DNA of 60,603 nt, the filler included, from Sandaracinaceae bacterium (GTDB lineage Bacteria; Myxococcota_A; Polyangia; Polyangiales; JADJQN01): the NCBI GenBank assembly GCA_947483975.1. It is 4 parts of 4 records of this genome, joined end to end, with 100 filler letters (N's around TTAATTAATTAA, not from the genome) between each part and the next. Parts side by side here need not be neighbours in the genome. Positions count along the whole stretch, not along the records: positions 1 to 15,108 come from CANKOL010000098.1; positions 15,209 to 30,300 come from CANKOL010000099.1; 2 more parts are not named here. One strand, 5' to 3'. Of this stretch, positions 10,213 to 18,606 are shown piece after piece. Positions within the stretch are counted from its first letter, which is position 1; each line of letters opens with the position of its first letter. The notes beneath the pieces were generated by a model. It saw only the letters and a program-made list of their open reading frames with translations. It was not told the DNA's origin and searched no databases. The position numbers were made by a program, and so were the translations under genes.

Positions 10213-13200
10213 CTAGAAGCTGAGCGTCGCGCCGATCCGCACATACGTCGGAACCTGCCGCTGCAGCGCGGTGCCGAAGGACGAGTTGACCGCGACGGGC
10301 TCGCCGTCTGCGTTGACGAGGCTCCCGAGCGGGGTGCCGGCCGCCTGCGGCTCGACCGTGTCCATCGTGTACTCCTGATCGACGAGCGTCGGAGTTTGCG
10401 AGTCGAACACGTTGAAGACCGTCAGGTTGACGTTGAGCTTCATGCTGTTGCCGAGCCCGACGTCGTAGCCGACGAAGGCGTCGAGCTGGTGCACGAACGG
10501 CGTCCGCCCCGCCTCGCCGCGCGGCAGGATGAACACCTCGCGCCGCCCGTAGGCCGGATGACGCCCGAGGTAGTTGATCGGTGAGCCGCTCTGCCCGTCG
10601 TAGCGGACGCCGATGGTCAGGCCATCGAGCGCCGGCGTGAGCCCGCCGAGCTCGTAGGACGCGCTCAGCTTCACCTGATGCGGGTGATCGTTCGGCAGCA
10701 GGCCGTAGCGATTCTTGATCAGGCTGACGAGGTCGTACTGCGACGAGAGGTTCGGGTCGATCTGGTCGTTGTCGCCAGAGTAGAGGCCCGTGTAGTTTCC
10801 GGTGAGGCGGGAGAGTGTGTAGGACGCGAAGACCTGGAAGTGGTTGGCGAGCCGCTTCCGGACCGTCAGCGTGAGCCCGCCGTAGAGCCGCGTCGGGCTC
10901 GGGAAGACCGTCTGATCGGGGTTGTAGTTGCCCGCGGCGTCGCTGCAGACGGTCGAGAGCGAGCTACGGAGATCCGCCGAGACGTCGCAGTCGTTCTGCC
11001 CGGGGTTCGCGATGACGTAGGTGTTGCCGTCGTCTGGCGAGATGTCCTCGATGGCGCGCATCAGGCGGCGCACGACGAACGCGCCCCCGACGACCCAGCG
11101 ACGGGCGACCTCGTACTCGCCGCCGAGCACGTACTCCTCGTTGAACTGCCCGTGCAGGTTACGCACGACGCCCGCGTTCTCGCCGCCGAGGAGACCATAC
11201 GGGTCGACCGTGCAGCCGGGGGTGCCCGCCGCGACGGCGTTTCCGTCGGCGTCGAAGCAGTTGAACGCGCCAGTGTCGTCCACGAAGCGGATCGCGGTGC
11301 CCTCACCGGAGAAGCCGCGCTGCTGCAGGTCCATCGGGACCGACTCGTAGTACCAGCCGTACGAGGCGTAGAGGCGCGCGCGCCCCGTGCCCGACGGGTC
11401 GTACGACACGCCGATGCGCGGCGCGACCTCGTCGGGGATCATGATCGCCTGATTGCCCGCCGAGTCACCGAAGCGCTCGAGGTCCCAGCGCACGCCGCCG
11501 GCGAGCGAGAAGTGCCGGTCGATCTGCCAGGTATCCTGCACGAACGCGGAGACCGAGAGCGTCTGCACGGCGGCGGAGAAGTCGGGGTTGCCGCCGACGC
11601 CGAAGAGGCTCGGGTTGCCGTCGGCGCCGTTGGTCGCGAAGTAGTCGCGCTCAAACGCGTACGGGTCGTCCGCGGCGCTCGGACCGTAGCGCGTCTCGCC
11701 GTAGCCGCCCGGATAGCCGCGGGTCGAGGTGTAGTTCTTGAGCTCCGTCTCGAGGCCGTAGCGGATCGTGTGCCGGCGCAGCGTGTGCGTGAGCTTGAGG
11801 CCAGCCGAGGTGCGGTTGAGCGTCTCGTCGTACGCGAAGCCCGCGCCGCCGGTGGTGAAGTCGCTGACGAGGCACGGGGTGAAGCCGTCCGTGGTGTCGG
11901 CGTCGAGCACGGGACACGCGCCGGGTACGATGTCGTCGAGCGAGCCTGCGTAGCCGTAGGTCACGCTCGGGTTGTTCGTCTGCCCGGCCATGACGTCGTG
12001 CTCGGTGTGATAGCCGGCGAACGCCTCGAGGCGGAATCGTCGGCTGAACTGCGCGGTGTACGCGAGGGTCGCGGTGTACGAACCGCTCGAGGTGTCCCCG
12101 AGGAAGTAGTCCTCGGTGCCGTTGACGCCGTTCGACGAGCGCGCCGCCGCGGGCGAGCGCATCACGCCCGTCAACGCCGACGGATTGCCGAAGAACGCGA
12201 GGGAGATTCGGTGCCCGCGCGCGGGGGCCCAGGTCAGCTTGCTCGCGAAGCGCCAGATCGTCTCGTTGCGGTTGTACGTCTGCCGCCGCGCCTCGCGGAG
12301 CACCGGCGCGCCGGTGGTCGGGTCGACGTCGGCGACGCCGTCACCATCGACGTCCACGCCCGTGCGGAGGATGCGGTCGACATCCGTCAGATCGAACTCG
12401 GGGTTGAGCCCGACGAAGAACCAGAGATGGTCCTTGATGATCGGCCCGCCGACGGCGAAGCCGACGTCGAGGTCGAGCAGAGAGTTGTCCTGCCGGCCGA
12501 TGGACTCGCCGAGACGCACGACCTGCTCCTCTGGCGCGCGCAAGAAGCCGGGCGCGATGTTGAGGAACACGCTGCCGTGGAAGTCGTTGCTGCCGCTCTG
12601 GAGTACGAGGTTGAAGATGCCGCCCGTCGAGCGGCCGAACTCGGGCATGTAGCCGCCCGTCTTGATCTCCACCTGGTCGAAGAAGTCGAGGTTGAGGTTC
12701 GCCGCGGCGTCGCCATAGCCGATGGCCGTCGTGTTCATGCCCTCGACGACGTAGGTGTTCTCGAGGCCCGTCGCGCCGAACACCGAGACTCCGGTGCGGT
12801 CAGTCGTCGCACCCGGAGTGATGCGCAGCGCCTCGACATAGGTGCGTCCGGTCGGCGTGTTGCGAAGCAGGTCGCGGTCGAGCGTCGTGCCCGTCTCGGC
12901 GCTCGACGCGTCGACGACGTGGGTCGTCGGTCCGGCGTGCGCGTGTGCGCCGAACGTAGCGATGGGGGCCGTCCGCACGGCGGTCAGCTCGAGCTCGACG
13001 AAGTGCGCCTCGCCGAGGTCGACCTGCACGTCAGGCACCTCGAGGTCCTGATAGCCGTCGCGCGTGAAGCGCAGAACGTAGACGCCGACCGGCAGCAGCG
13101 GCACGACGAAGGTGCCGTCCCCCTCGGTCAGCGCGAACTGCTCGCCCTGCGCGCCGGGGCTCGTCGCGACGACGACGACCGCCTCGAGCGGTCCCCCTCC

Positions 13201-13371
13201 CGCGCCATCGACGACCCGCCCTCGCAGCTCACCCGTTTGTTGCGCGAGCGCCACATTCGGCACGAGCGCAGCGACGACGAGCGCCGCGGCGCCGACGAGC
13301 GCGCAGAGGAAGGCCGCGACAGGTGTGCGGAGGGTTACTAACCGGGGGGCACCGGCTCTAGAGTCACACAT
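10213..13371 (-). CDS. TonB-dependent receptor, Oar-like, with N-terminal carboxypeptidase-regulatory-like domain
   Basis: Signal peptide ending 'ALAQQ'; 'GELRGRVVD'; plug motifs 'ENTYVVEGMNTT', 'IKTGGYMPEFGRSTGG'; 'FVQDTWQ'; C-terminal 'IGATLSF'; start uncertain (ATG 13371 chosen). Confidence 0.9.
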   Translation of the reverse strand: MCDSRAGAPRLVTLRTPVAAFLCALVGAAALVVAALVPNVALAQQTGELRGRVVDGAGGGPLEAVVVVATSPGAQGEQFALTEGDGTFVVPLLPVGVYVLRFTRDGYQDLEVPDVQVDLGEAHFVELELTAVRTAPIATFGAHAHAGPTTHVVDASSAETGTTLDRDLLRNTPTGRTYVEALRITPGATTDRTGVSVFGATGLENTYVVEGMNTTAIGYGDAAANLNLDFFDQVEIKTGGYMPEFGRSTGGIFNLVLQSGSNDFHGSVFLNIAPGFLRAPEEQVVRLGESIGRQDNSLLDLDVGFAVGGPIIKDHLWFFVGLNPEFDLTDVDRILRTGVDVDGDGVADVDPTTGAPVLREARRQTYNRNETIWRFASKLTWAPARGHRISLAFFGNPSALTGVMRSPAAARSSNGVNGTEDYFLGDTSSGSYTATLAYTAQFSRRFRLEAFAGYHTEHDVMAGQTNNPSVTYGYAGSLDDIVPGACPVLDADTTDGFTPCLVSDFTTGGAGFAYDETLNRTSAGLKLTHTLRRHTIRYGLETELKNYTSTRGYPGGYGETRYGPSAADDPYAFERDYFATNGADGNPSLFGVGGNPDFSAAVQTLSVSAFVQDTWQIDRHFSLAGGVRWDLERFGDSAGNQAIMIPDEVAPRIGVSYDPSGTGRARLYASYGWYYESVPMDLQQRGFSGEGTAIRFVDDTGAFNCFDADGNAVAAGTPGCTVDPYGLLGGENAGVVRNLHGQFNEEYVLGGEYEVARRWVVGGAFVVRRLMRAIEDISPDDGNTYVIANPGQNDCDVSADLRSSLSTVCSDAAGNYNPDQTVFPSPTRLYGGLTLTVRKRLANHFQVFASYTLSRLTGNYTGLYSGDNDQIDPNLSSQYDLVSLIKNRYGLLPNDHPHQVKLSASYELGGLTPALDGLTIGVRYDGQSGSPINYLGRHPAYGRREVFILPRGEAGRTPFVHQLDAFVGYDVGLGNSMKLNVNLTVFNVFDSQTPTLVDQEYTMDTVEPQAAGTPLGSLVNADGEPVAVNSSFGTALQRQVPTYVRIGATLSF

Positions 13372-13544
13372 GGCGGGATAGTCACGGGAACCACCCAGAA
13401 ATAGCAAGGCCCCCACAGCTTTCGCGGTGAGGGCCTTGTCTTGGTGCAACCGAGGTTAGGCCGTCCGGCCAGCGTCAGGGGACTGCTCCCCTCTTGCTGC
13501 GCGCTCCGGGACGAACCCCGAGCGCGCCCGGACAGCACGCCAAG

Positions 13545-13997
13545 CTACTTCTTGACGACCTCGAGCTTGAAGGTCGCGACGACCTCCGGGGCGAGCTTGG
13601 CCTTGACCTCGAAGGTGCCGAGGTGCCGGGCTTCCGGCAGCTCGATGCGCTTCTTGTCGACCTCGAAGCCCTTCGCCTTGAGCGCGTCGGAGATCTCCTT
13701 CGACGTGACCGAGCCGTAGAGCTTGTTCTCTTCGCCCGCCTGCTTGCTCAGCGTGATCGTCACGGTCGAAAGCTGCTGCGCGATCGCGTCGAAGCTCTTC
13801 TTGAGCTTCGCTGCGTTCGCGATCGCGGCCTTACGCGCGTGCTCGATCTGCTGGATGTTGCCCTCGGTCGCGACGACTCCGTAGCCGCGCGGGAGGAGAT
13901 AGTTGCGGGCGTAGCCCGGCTTGACCTTCACGAGGTCGCCGATCTTGCCGAGCTTGGCGACGTCCTCGCGAAGAACCAGCTGGATGTGCGTTGCCAT
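13545..13997 (-). CDS. rplI: 50S ribosomal protein L9
   Basis: 'LGKIGDLVKVKPGYARNYLLP', 'KLYGSVT'. Confidence 0.98.
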   Translation of the reverse strand: MATHIQLVLREDVAKLGKIGDLVKVKPGYARNYLLPRGYGVVATEGNIQQIEHARKAAIANAAKLKKSFDAIAQQLSTVTITLSKQAGEENKLYGSVTSKEISDALKAKGFEVDKKRIELPEARHLGTFEVKAKLAPEVVATFKLEVVKK

Positions 13998-14002
13998 GGC
14001 GA

Positions 14003-14338
14003 TCAGTCCGTAGAGGTGAAGGGCATGAGGGAGATCTGACGGCTGCGCTTCACCGCGATGGTGAGCTCGCGCTGCTGCTTCGCCGAGAGACCCGTGATGC
14101 GGCGCGGGACAATCTTGCCCCGCTCCGTGATGAAGAACTTGAGCTGCTGCGGGTTCTTGTAGTCGAACTCGAAGTCAGTCTCGAGGACGAAGCTCGGCGG
14201 CCGCTTGCGCTTGCCGCGGCGTCGGAGGCCGAGCGGATCTTCGCCCTGCCCTCCCATTCCCATGCCACCGCCACCGCCTCGGCGATCATCGCCGAAGCCG
14301 CCGCGGTCATCGTCGTACGGACGTGCGTCGTGCTTCAT
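14003..14338 (-). CDS. rpsR: 30S ribosomal protein S18 with Gly/Arg/Asp-rich N-terminal extension
   Basis: '[41 protein letters not shown]'. Confidence 0.96.
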   Translation of the reverse strand: MKHDARPYDDDRGGFGDDRRGGGGGMGMGGQGEDPLGLRRRGKRKRPPSFVLETDFEFDYKNPQQLKFFITERGKIVPRRITGLSAKQQRELTIAVKRSRQISLMPFTSTD

Positions 14339-14342
14339 TGGA

Positions 14343-14945
14343 TCACTCCTTCTCCGTGGTGGGCGTCGGCGCGACCGGCGCTGCGGCCGGAGCGGCCGCC
14401 GGGGCTGCGGCTGCCGTCACCTTGGGGGTGCGCGGCGCCATCACAGTGTCTTCGTCGTCGGCCATCGGGTCGTCGGCGAACTCGTCGTCGCCGAACTCCG
14501 GCTCGTGGCGGCGCGGGCGCTGCTCTTCGAGCATGCCGAGGCGCTGCTCGAGGTTCGGCTCTTCCTCGTCCGTCGTGAGCTCGAGGCGGCGGAACTTGAT
14601 CTCCTCGGGGTCGATCGCGACGTCGAGCGTCACGCCTTCCACGCGGATGCACACGGTCTGGTGACGCATCACCTGATCGAGCAGGCGCAGGTTGCGCTCG
14701 ACCTCGGCGACGATGTCGCCGATGCCGATGTAGCGAACCAGCACGAACACGCCGCGCGTGTGCTTGCGGATCGGGTAAGCGAGGCGGCGCTTGCCCCAGT
14801 TGTCGAGCTTGGTGAGCTTGCCGTTGAGCCTTGCGACGACATCCGTGATGCGACCCGCGATGCGGTCCGCCTCATCCGGATCCACCTGCGGCTGCAGGAT
14901 GTAGATCGTCTCGTACTCACGAGGCTTCTGGATCATGATGGCCAT
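14343..14945 (-). CDS. rpsF: 30S ribosomal protein S6 with long acidic and Ala/Pro tail
   Basis: '[11 protein letters not shown]', '[12 protein letters not shown]'; ATG 14945 preceded by GAGGAG. Confidence 0.96.
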   Translation of the reverse strand: MAIMIQKPREYETIYILQPQVDPDEADRIAGRITDVVARLNGKLTKLDNWGKRRLAYPIRKHTRGVFVLVRYIGIGDIVAEVERNLRLLDQVMRHQTVCIRVEGVTLDVAIDPEEIKFRRLELTTDEEEPNLEQRLGMLEEQRPRRHEPEFGDDEFADDPMADDEDTVMAPRTPKVTAAAAPAAAPAAAPVAPTPTTEKE

Positions 14946-14950
14946 TCGAT

Positions 14951-14994
14951 CTCCTCTTGGTCCGAGGCCCAGGAAGGATTTCCTGAGCGAGGAG
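14951..14994 (-). promoter_or_regulatory. Putative S6:S18 autoregulatory leader RNA
   Basis: Minus strand CTCCTC-GCTCAGGAA-ATCC-TTCCTGGGC-CTCGGACCAA-GAGGAG: outer stem sequesters the rpsF SD, inner hairpin, CC-containing internal loop. Confidence 0.72.
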
Positions 14995-15030
14995 CCAACC
15001 ACGCCTTGGGCACCATGCCCGCTGGCGTTT

Positions 15031-15108
15031 GCCGACCCAGCATTCTGCTGGGCCGACTGCCGACCCAGCATTCTGCTGGGCCGACTGCCGACCCAGCATT
15101 CTGCTGGG
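15031..15108. repeat. 28-bp tandem repeat (2.8 copies) with internal hairpin, at contig end
   Basis: GCCGACCCAGCATTCTGCTGGGCCGACT at 15031, 15059 and partial 15087; CCCAGCA-TTC-TGCTGGG palindrome; no spacers. Confidence 0.92.
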
Positions 15109-15208
15109 NNNNNNNNNNNNNNNNNNNNNNNNNNNNNNNNNNNNNNNNNNNNTTAATTAATTAANNNNNNNNNNNNNNNNNNNNNNNNNNNNNNNNNNNN
15201 NNNNNNNN
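15109..15208. other. Artificial contig linker
   Basis: 100 nt of N with TTAATTAATTAA (stops in all frames) at 15153-15164. Confidence 0.99.
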
Positions 15209-15357
15209 CCTCCGGCAGCCACTCACGCAGGTCAGGCGGCAGAAGCAGTCGCTGATCGATGTCGTACGGCAGGTAGCCCTTCGCCATGCGCCATCAAATA
15301 CGGCCCGCGATCCAGATGTCGATCCCCGGCGCGACTATTTGCCCGACACGCACCTAG
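15209..15357 (-). mobile_element. Left end of IS1182-family element with transposase N-terminus (ATG 15287), truncated by contig end
   Basis: Reads MAKGYLPYDIDQRLLLPPDLREWLPE, an IS1182 transposase-like N-terminus; end sequence CTAG|GTGCGTGTCGGGCAAATAG with CTAG at 15354-15357. Confidence 0.82.
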
Positions 15358-15792
15358 GTCCAGGAATCCGGTGCATGGCCTCGGCATTGTCTCGCCCGTG
15401 TCGGGGTCGACGATCGGCATGTCGAACCTGACTTCTGTCGCAATCACCGGGAGGTCGCCGTGCTTGTCGAGGAAGAGACGCAGGAGCTTCTCGCCGTCGG
15501 CCAGCAACGACTCCTGCGACTCGCCTCTCCAGTTCACGTTCGGGTACGTCAGCGCCGCGGTGAGGTCCGCGTGCAAGATCTTGAGCGCGTCGCCGACGTC
15601 CGGCGTGCGAGCCGCGATCTTCTCGTCGAACCACCACGCGACCGCGCCGTGCACCGCTGAGCCGAGCGCGAGCGCCGTCGACCGGTGTTCAGGCTCGCGC
15701 TGCTCGACGTAGCGGTACTCGTACTTGCGCGGGCAGCTCGCGAAGCAGGCGAGCTGCGATGCGCTCGTGTGCAGCGGCCGGTCATGCCGCAT
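15354..15792 (-). pseudogene. PD-(D/E)XK (RecB-like) nuclease interrupted by IS1182
   Basis: 'SASQLACFASCPRKYEYRYV', 'LALGSAVH', 'ATEVRF', 'GFLDL', then family resemblance stops exactly at the CTAG before the expected (D/E)xK motif. Confidence 0.8.
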
Positions 15793-16465
15793 GCCCGCCT
15801 CCGTTCGCGCCGACGACGCGCTCCTCCCTCGCGAGCTCGTCGAGGAGCTTGCTCGCCTGGTCCTTCGTCGCGCGCTCGACCGCGACCCCGAGCCGGCGCG
15901 TGATGTACGTCACTGCGTCGTCGCCCTCGATGCCGCGAGCGAGCGCCTTGCGGAACAGCGCGCGGCGCTGCGCGTCGGTGATGGAGTCGGACCGCGCCCC
16001 TCGCTCCGCCCTCGGATCACGGGACGTCGGCAATGATATTATGTTGGTGGCCGTCATCGGCCGAGCATGATCGACGTCGAGGTCGTCGTCTTCGCCGAGT
16101 TCCTCCAGAGCGACCGCCTGAACGTTGCCGAAGAGGCGCAGGCAGCGGGCGATGGCCCTCGACTCTGCGACGCGCAGCAAGTGCGGCGCGACCTTCCGGT
16201 TGACGTTCTTGGGGTTGGCATCGCCGAGGCCGGAGAAGGTCCCAGCCTTCCCTGTGGCCACCGCGCGCACGATCGCGGTCTGACCGTTGGCGTCGGTGGG
16301 CGACTGGAGCAGTGTCGTCTCGACCGACTCCAAGCCAGCCGAGTGAGCCACCGTCACGAGCCCCGGGAGGGTGACGAAATCCTTGTGGCCGGTGACAGCA
16401 CCGGCCTGGTTCCTGATCGCGATGCGGACGATGAACTGCGGTGGAATCTTCTTGTCGTTGCTCAT
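15782..16465 (-). CDS. Putative Rad52/Erf/Sak-like single-strand annealing protein
   Basis: Beta-rich core 'AIVRAVAT...FSGLGDA' then helix 'LLRVAESRAIARCLR'; acidic linker; C-terminal 'ITDAQRRAL...ATKDQASKLLDEL' helical domain; strong SD; overlaps the nuclease start. Confidence 0.62.
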   Translation of the reverse strand: MSNDKKIPPQFIVRIAIRNQAGAVTGHKDFVTLPGLVTVAHSAGLESVETTLLQSPTDANGQTAIVRAVATGKAGTFSGLGDANPKNVNRKVAPHLLRVAESRAIARCLRLFGNVQAVALEELGEDDDLDVDHARPMTATNIISLPTSRDPRAERGARSDSITDAQRRALFRKALARGIEGDDAVTYITRRLGVAVERATKDQASKLLDELAREERVVGANGGGHAA

Positions 16466-16506
16466 GACCTTCTCCTTGTTGCTGCTGGTGATCCAGACGT
16501 GAAGAA

Positions 16507-16537
16507 GCCGGGGCCCAGGCAGCGCCCGAACCCCGGC
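16507..16537 (-). terminator. GC-rich hairpin (terminator/attenuator-like) upstream of annealase gene
   Basis: GCCGGGG...CCCCGGC inverted repeat followed on the minus strand by TTCTTC. Confidence 0.45.
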
Positions 16538-16564
16538 CTCGTGATGTTCAACTTCGACCCCGAG

Positions 16565-17506
16565 CTACTGCCGACGGGCCTCGGCTCGCAGACGGTCGCG
16601 CAGCGTCGTGCGCGGGAGCCCGAGCGCCTTCGCCGCGGCGGTGATGTTCCCCTTCGCCACCTGCATCGCCTGCGTGAGCGACGTCGGCGCAGACGTCATC
16701 GGCTCGCTGCTGACCGCCGCGATGGCAGCTTCAATATCCACTACGTCGATGAACCTGCCGATCGAGCCGATGGCCGCGGCAGCAAGTAGATTCCGCAACT
16801 CCCGCACGTTCCCGGGGAAGGGGTGCGCCGCGAGCCGGATGCGCGCGCCTTCGGTGAGGCTCACGCGCCCGAGCTCCGCGCTGATCAACTCGACGAAGTG
16901 CTCGACGAGCTCAACGGCATCCATGGGGCGCTCTCGCAACGGCGGCACCTCGAGCACGACACACGCGAGGCGGTGATAGAGGTCGGCGCGGAACGTCCCC
17001 GCGGAGACCATCTCGCGCAGGTTCCTGTTCGTCGCGCAGACAACTCGAACGTCGACGCGACGCATCTGAGACGAGCCGATGCGCCGGACCTCCGAGGTCT
17101 CCACGACGCGCAGCAACTTCGCCTGCGTCGTCAACGAGAGCTCGCCGACCTCGTCGAGGAAGAGGGTGCCGGTGTGGGCCGACTCGAACACGCCGCAGTG
17201 CGTGCCGATGGCTCCGGTGAAAGCGCCGCGCTCGTGCCCGAAGATCTCGCTGATGACCAACGTCTCGGGTAACGCGCCGGCGTCCACGACCACGAACGGG
17301 CAACGTGCCCGCGGTGACGACTGATGCAGCGCCCGCGCGATGCCCTCCTTCCCGGAGCCTGTTTCGCCGGTGATGAGCACGGGCCACCGCAGCCCTGCGA
17401 CGCGCTCGACCTTGTTCAGCAACTCGATCATCTGCGGCGAGGCGGCGATGTACCGTCCCTCCGGTCGCGCCGATGGGCGCTCAGGCATCCTCACGATGGC
17501 GGCCAT
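16565..17506 (-). CDS. Sigma54-dependent enhancer-binding protein (AAA+ and Fis HTH) lacking a sensory domain
   Basis: 'GETGSGKE', 'GAFTGA', 'LFLDEVGEL', 'FRADLYHRL', 'FPGNVRELRN', C-terminal HTH; ATG 17506 with AGGAGG. Confidence 0.92.
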   Translation of the reverse strand: MAAIVRMPERPSARPEGRYIAASPQMIELLNKVERVAGLRWPVLITGETGSGKEGIARALHQSSPRARCPFVVVDAGALPETLVISEIFGHERGAFTGAIGTHCGVFESAHTGTLFLDEVGELSLTTQAKLLRVVETSEVRRIGSSQMRRVDVRVVCATNRNLREMVSAGTFRADLYHRLACVVLEVPPLRERPMDAVELVEHFVELISAELGRVSLTEGARIRLAAHPFPGNVRELRNLLAAAAIGSIGRFIDVVDIEAAIAAVSSEPMTSAPTSLTQAMQVAKGNITAAAKALGLPRTTLRDRLRAEARRQ

Positions 17507-17610
17507 GTTCAACCTCCTGTTGGATAGCGGGAATGCAGACGCGGATGCGCCGAAGCCCGAGCACCCACGTAGGTACCCAAGCTCCGGCGTCGGTGAAACG
17601 CTCAGCGCGG

Positions 17611-17633
17611 GCGAGCGCCGTCGAGGCGCTCGC
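17611..17633 (-). terminator. Hairpin downstream of macrodomain gene
   Basis: GCGAGCGCC-GTCGA-GGCGCTCGC perfect 9-bp stem. Confidence 0.45.
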
Positions 17634-17639
17634 GGTGCC

Positions 17640-18524
17640 TCACGCTGTTGCGGACAGCACGGCGGCGAACACGTCGGCCGCCTCGCCGTCGTAGAGCACG
17701 ACGACCAACTTCCGCAGCGAGCGCCACTCGGTGCGCGCCTCGACGGCACTCCTGAGCAACGCCGCGGACTTCTCCAGCGCGAGGCCGCCGGTGCCGCATC
17801 CGAGCGCGGGCACAGCGATGCTGACGAGCTGCATCCGCTCAGCGAGCTCGAGCACCTCACCGTAGGCCCGGCGCACCACGCGCTCGTCCCCGCTCGCGGT
17901 GGCGGCATGCAGGATGAAGCGAACCGAGCCGAGGCCGTGCGCGGCCGTCGCCACGACCTCGCCGGGCTGGATCGGGCCACGCGCGGTCATCTCGGCCTGG
18001 AGGGCCTCGGGCCGCGCGACCGCCTTCTTGATCGCCCCCGACACGCCTGCGCCGAGCGCGAGGCGGATGTTGCTGGCGTTGACGATCGCGTCGGCGTCGA
18101 TGGAGACGATGTTCCCCTGCACGACCGACACCTGGAGCGCGCCGAACATCGAGACGCGCGTGGGTCGAACGAGCCCAGGCAGCACCCGCTCGGCTGAGCG
18201 CTTCGCTCGGTCAGACGCGAACAGGCAGAGCACGGTGGGTGCCGCCGCGCAGGCGGCGTGCGCCTTCACGAGCGCCTCCATCGCCTCGGGCACGGTGATG
18301 GGTGCGGCGGGTCCCGCGTGAAGCGCGATCGCGACGTGGCCCGCTCGAGACGCGCTGGGCCGCAGGAGCGCGCCGAGCTCGTCCTCGAAGTCCTCGAGCG
18401 AAGCGCAGTCGGCCAGGCGAAGGTCGGCAGGGGTCGCTGCGTCTGCAACGGCGAGTTCGATCCCGCCGTCGCCCGTCACGTCACCCAGCGCTGCCGCGTC
18501 TCGAACATGGTCTTCGTCGGTCAT
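17640..18524 (-). CDS. Macrodomain (ADP-ribose binding/hydrolase) protein with unknown N-terminal domain
   Basis: 'VVQGNIVSIDADAIVNASN...GAGVSGAI', 'FILHAA', 'SIAVPALGCGTGGL'. Confidence 0.88.
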   Translation of the reverse strand: MTDEDHVRDAAALGDVTGDGGIELAVADAATPADLRLADCASLEDFEDELGALLRPSASRAGHVAIALHAGPAAPITVPEAMEALVKAHAACAAAPTVLCLFASDRAKRSAERVLPGLVRPTRVSMFGALQVSVVQGNIVSIDADAIVNASNIRLALGAGVSGAIKKAVARPEALQAEMTARGPIQPGEVVATAAHGLGSVRFILHAATASGDERVVRRAYGEVLELAERMQLVSIAVPALGCGTGGLALEKSAALLRSAVEARTEWRSLRKLVVVLYDGEAADVFAAVLSATA

Positions 18525-18553
18525 GTTCTACCTAGCAGGTGGGGGCGCAGGAC

Positions 18554-18585
18554 GGGCACCCGACGCCGACGCGCATCGGGTGCCC
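18554..18585 (-). terminator. Hairpin downstream of radC-like gene
   Basis: GGGCACCCGA...TCGGGTGCCC perfect 10-bp stem. Confidence 0.45.
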
Positions 18586-18606
18586 CTCCGTGGATTCGTC
18601 CGGTCC

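Noticed and set aside
15031..15108. CRISPR array, with the nearby PD-(D/E)XK gene as cas4
   Set aside because: Units are directly tandem with no unique spacers; the nuclease is on a different contig; no cas1/cas2 seen
15109..15208. TTAATTAATTAA as a biological motif (also at 30345 and 45520)
   Set aside because: Standard six-frame stop linker inside N padding
16565..17980. 471-aa EBP with N-terminal domain
   Set aside because: Extension overlaps the macrodomain gene out of frame; strong AGGAGG supports ATG 17506
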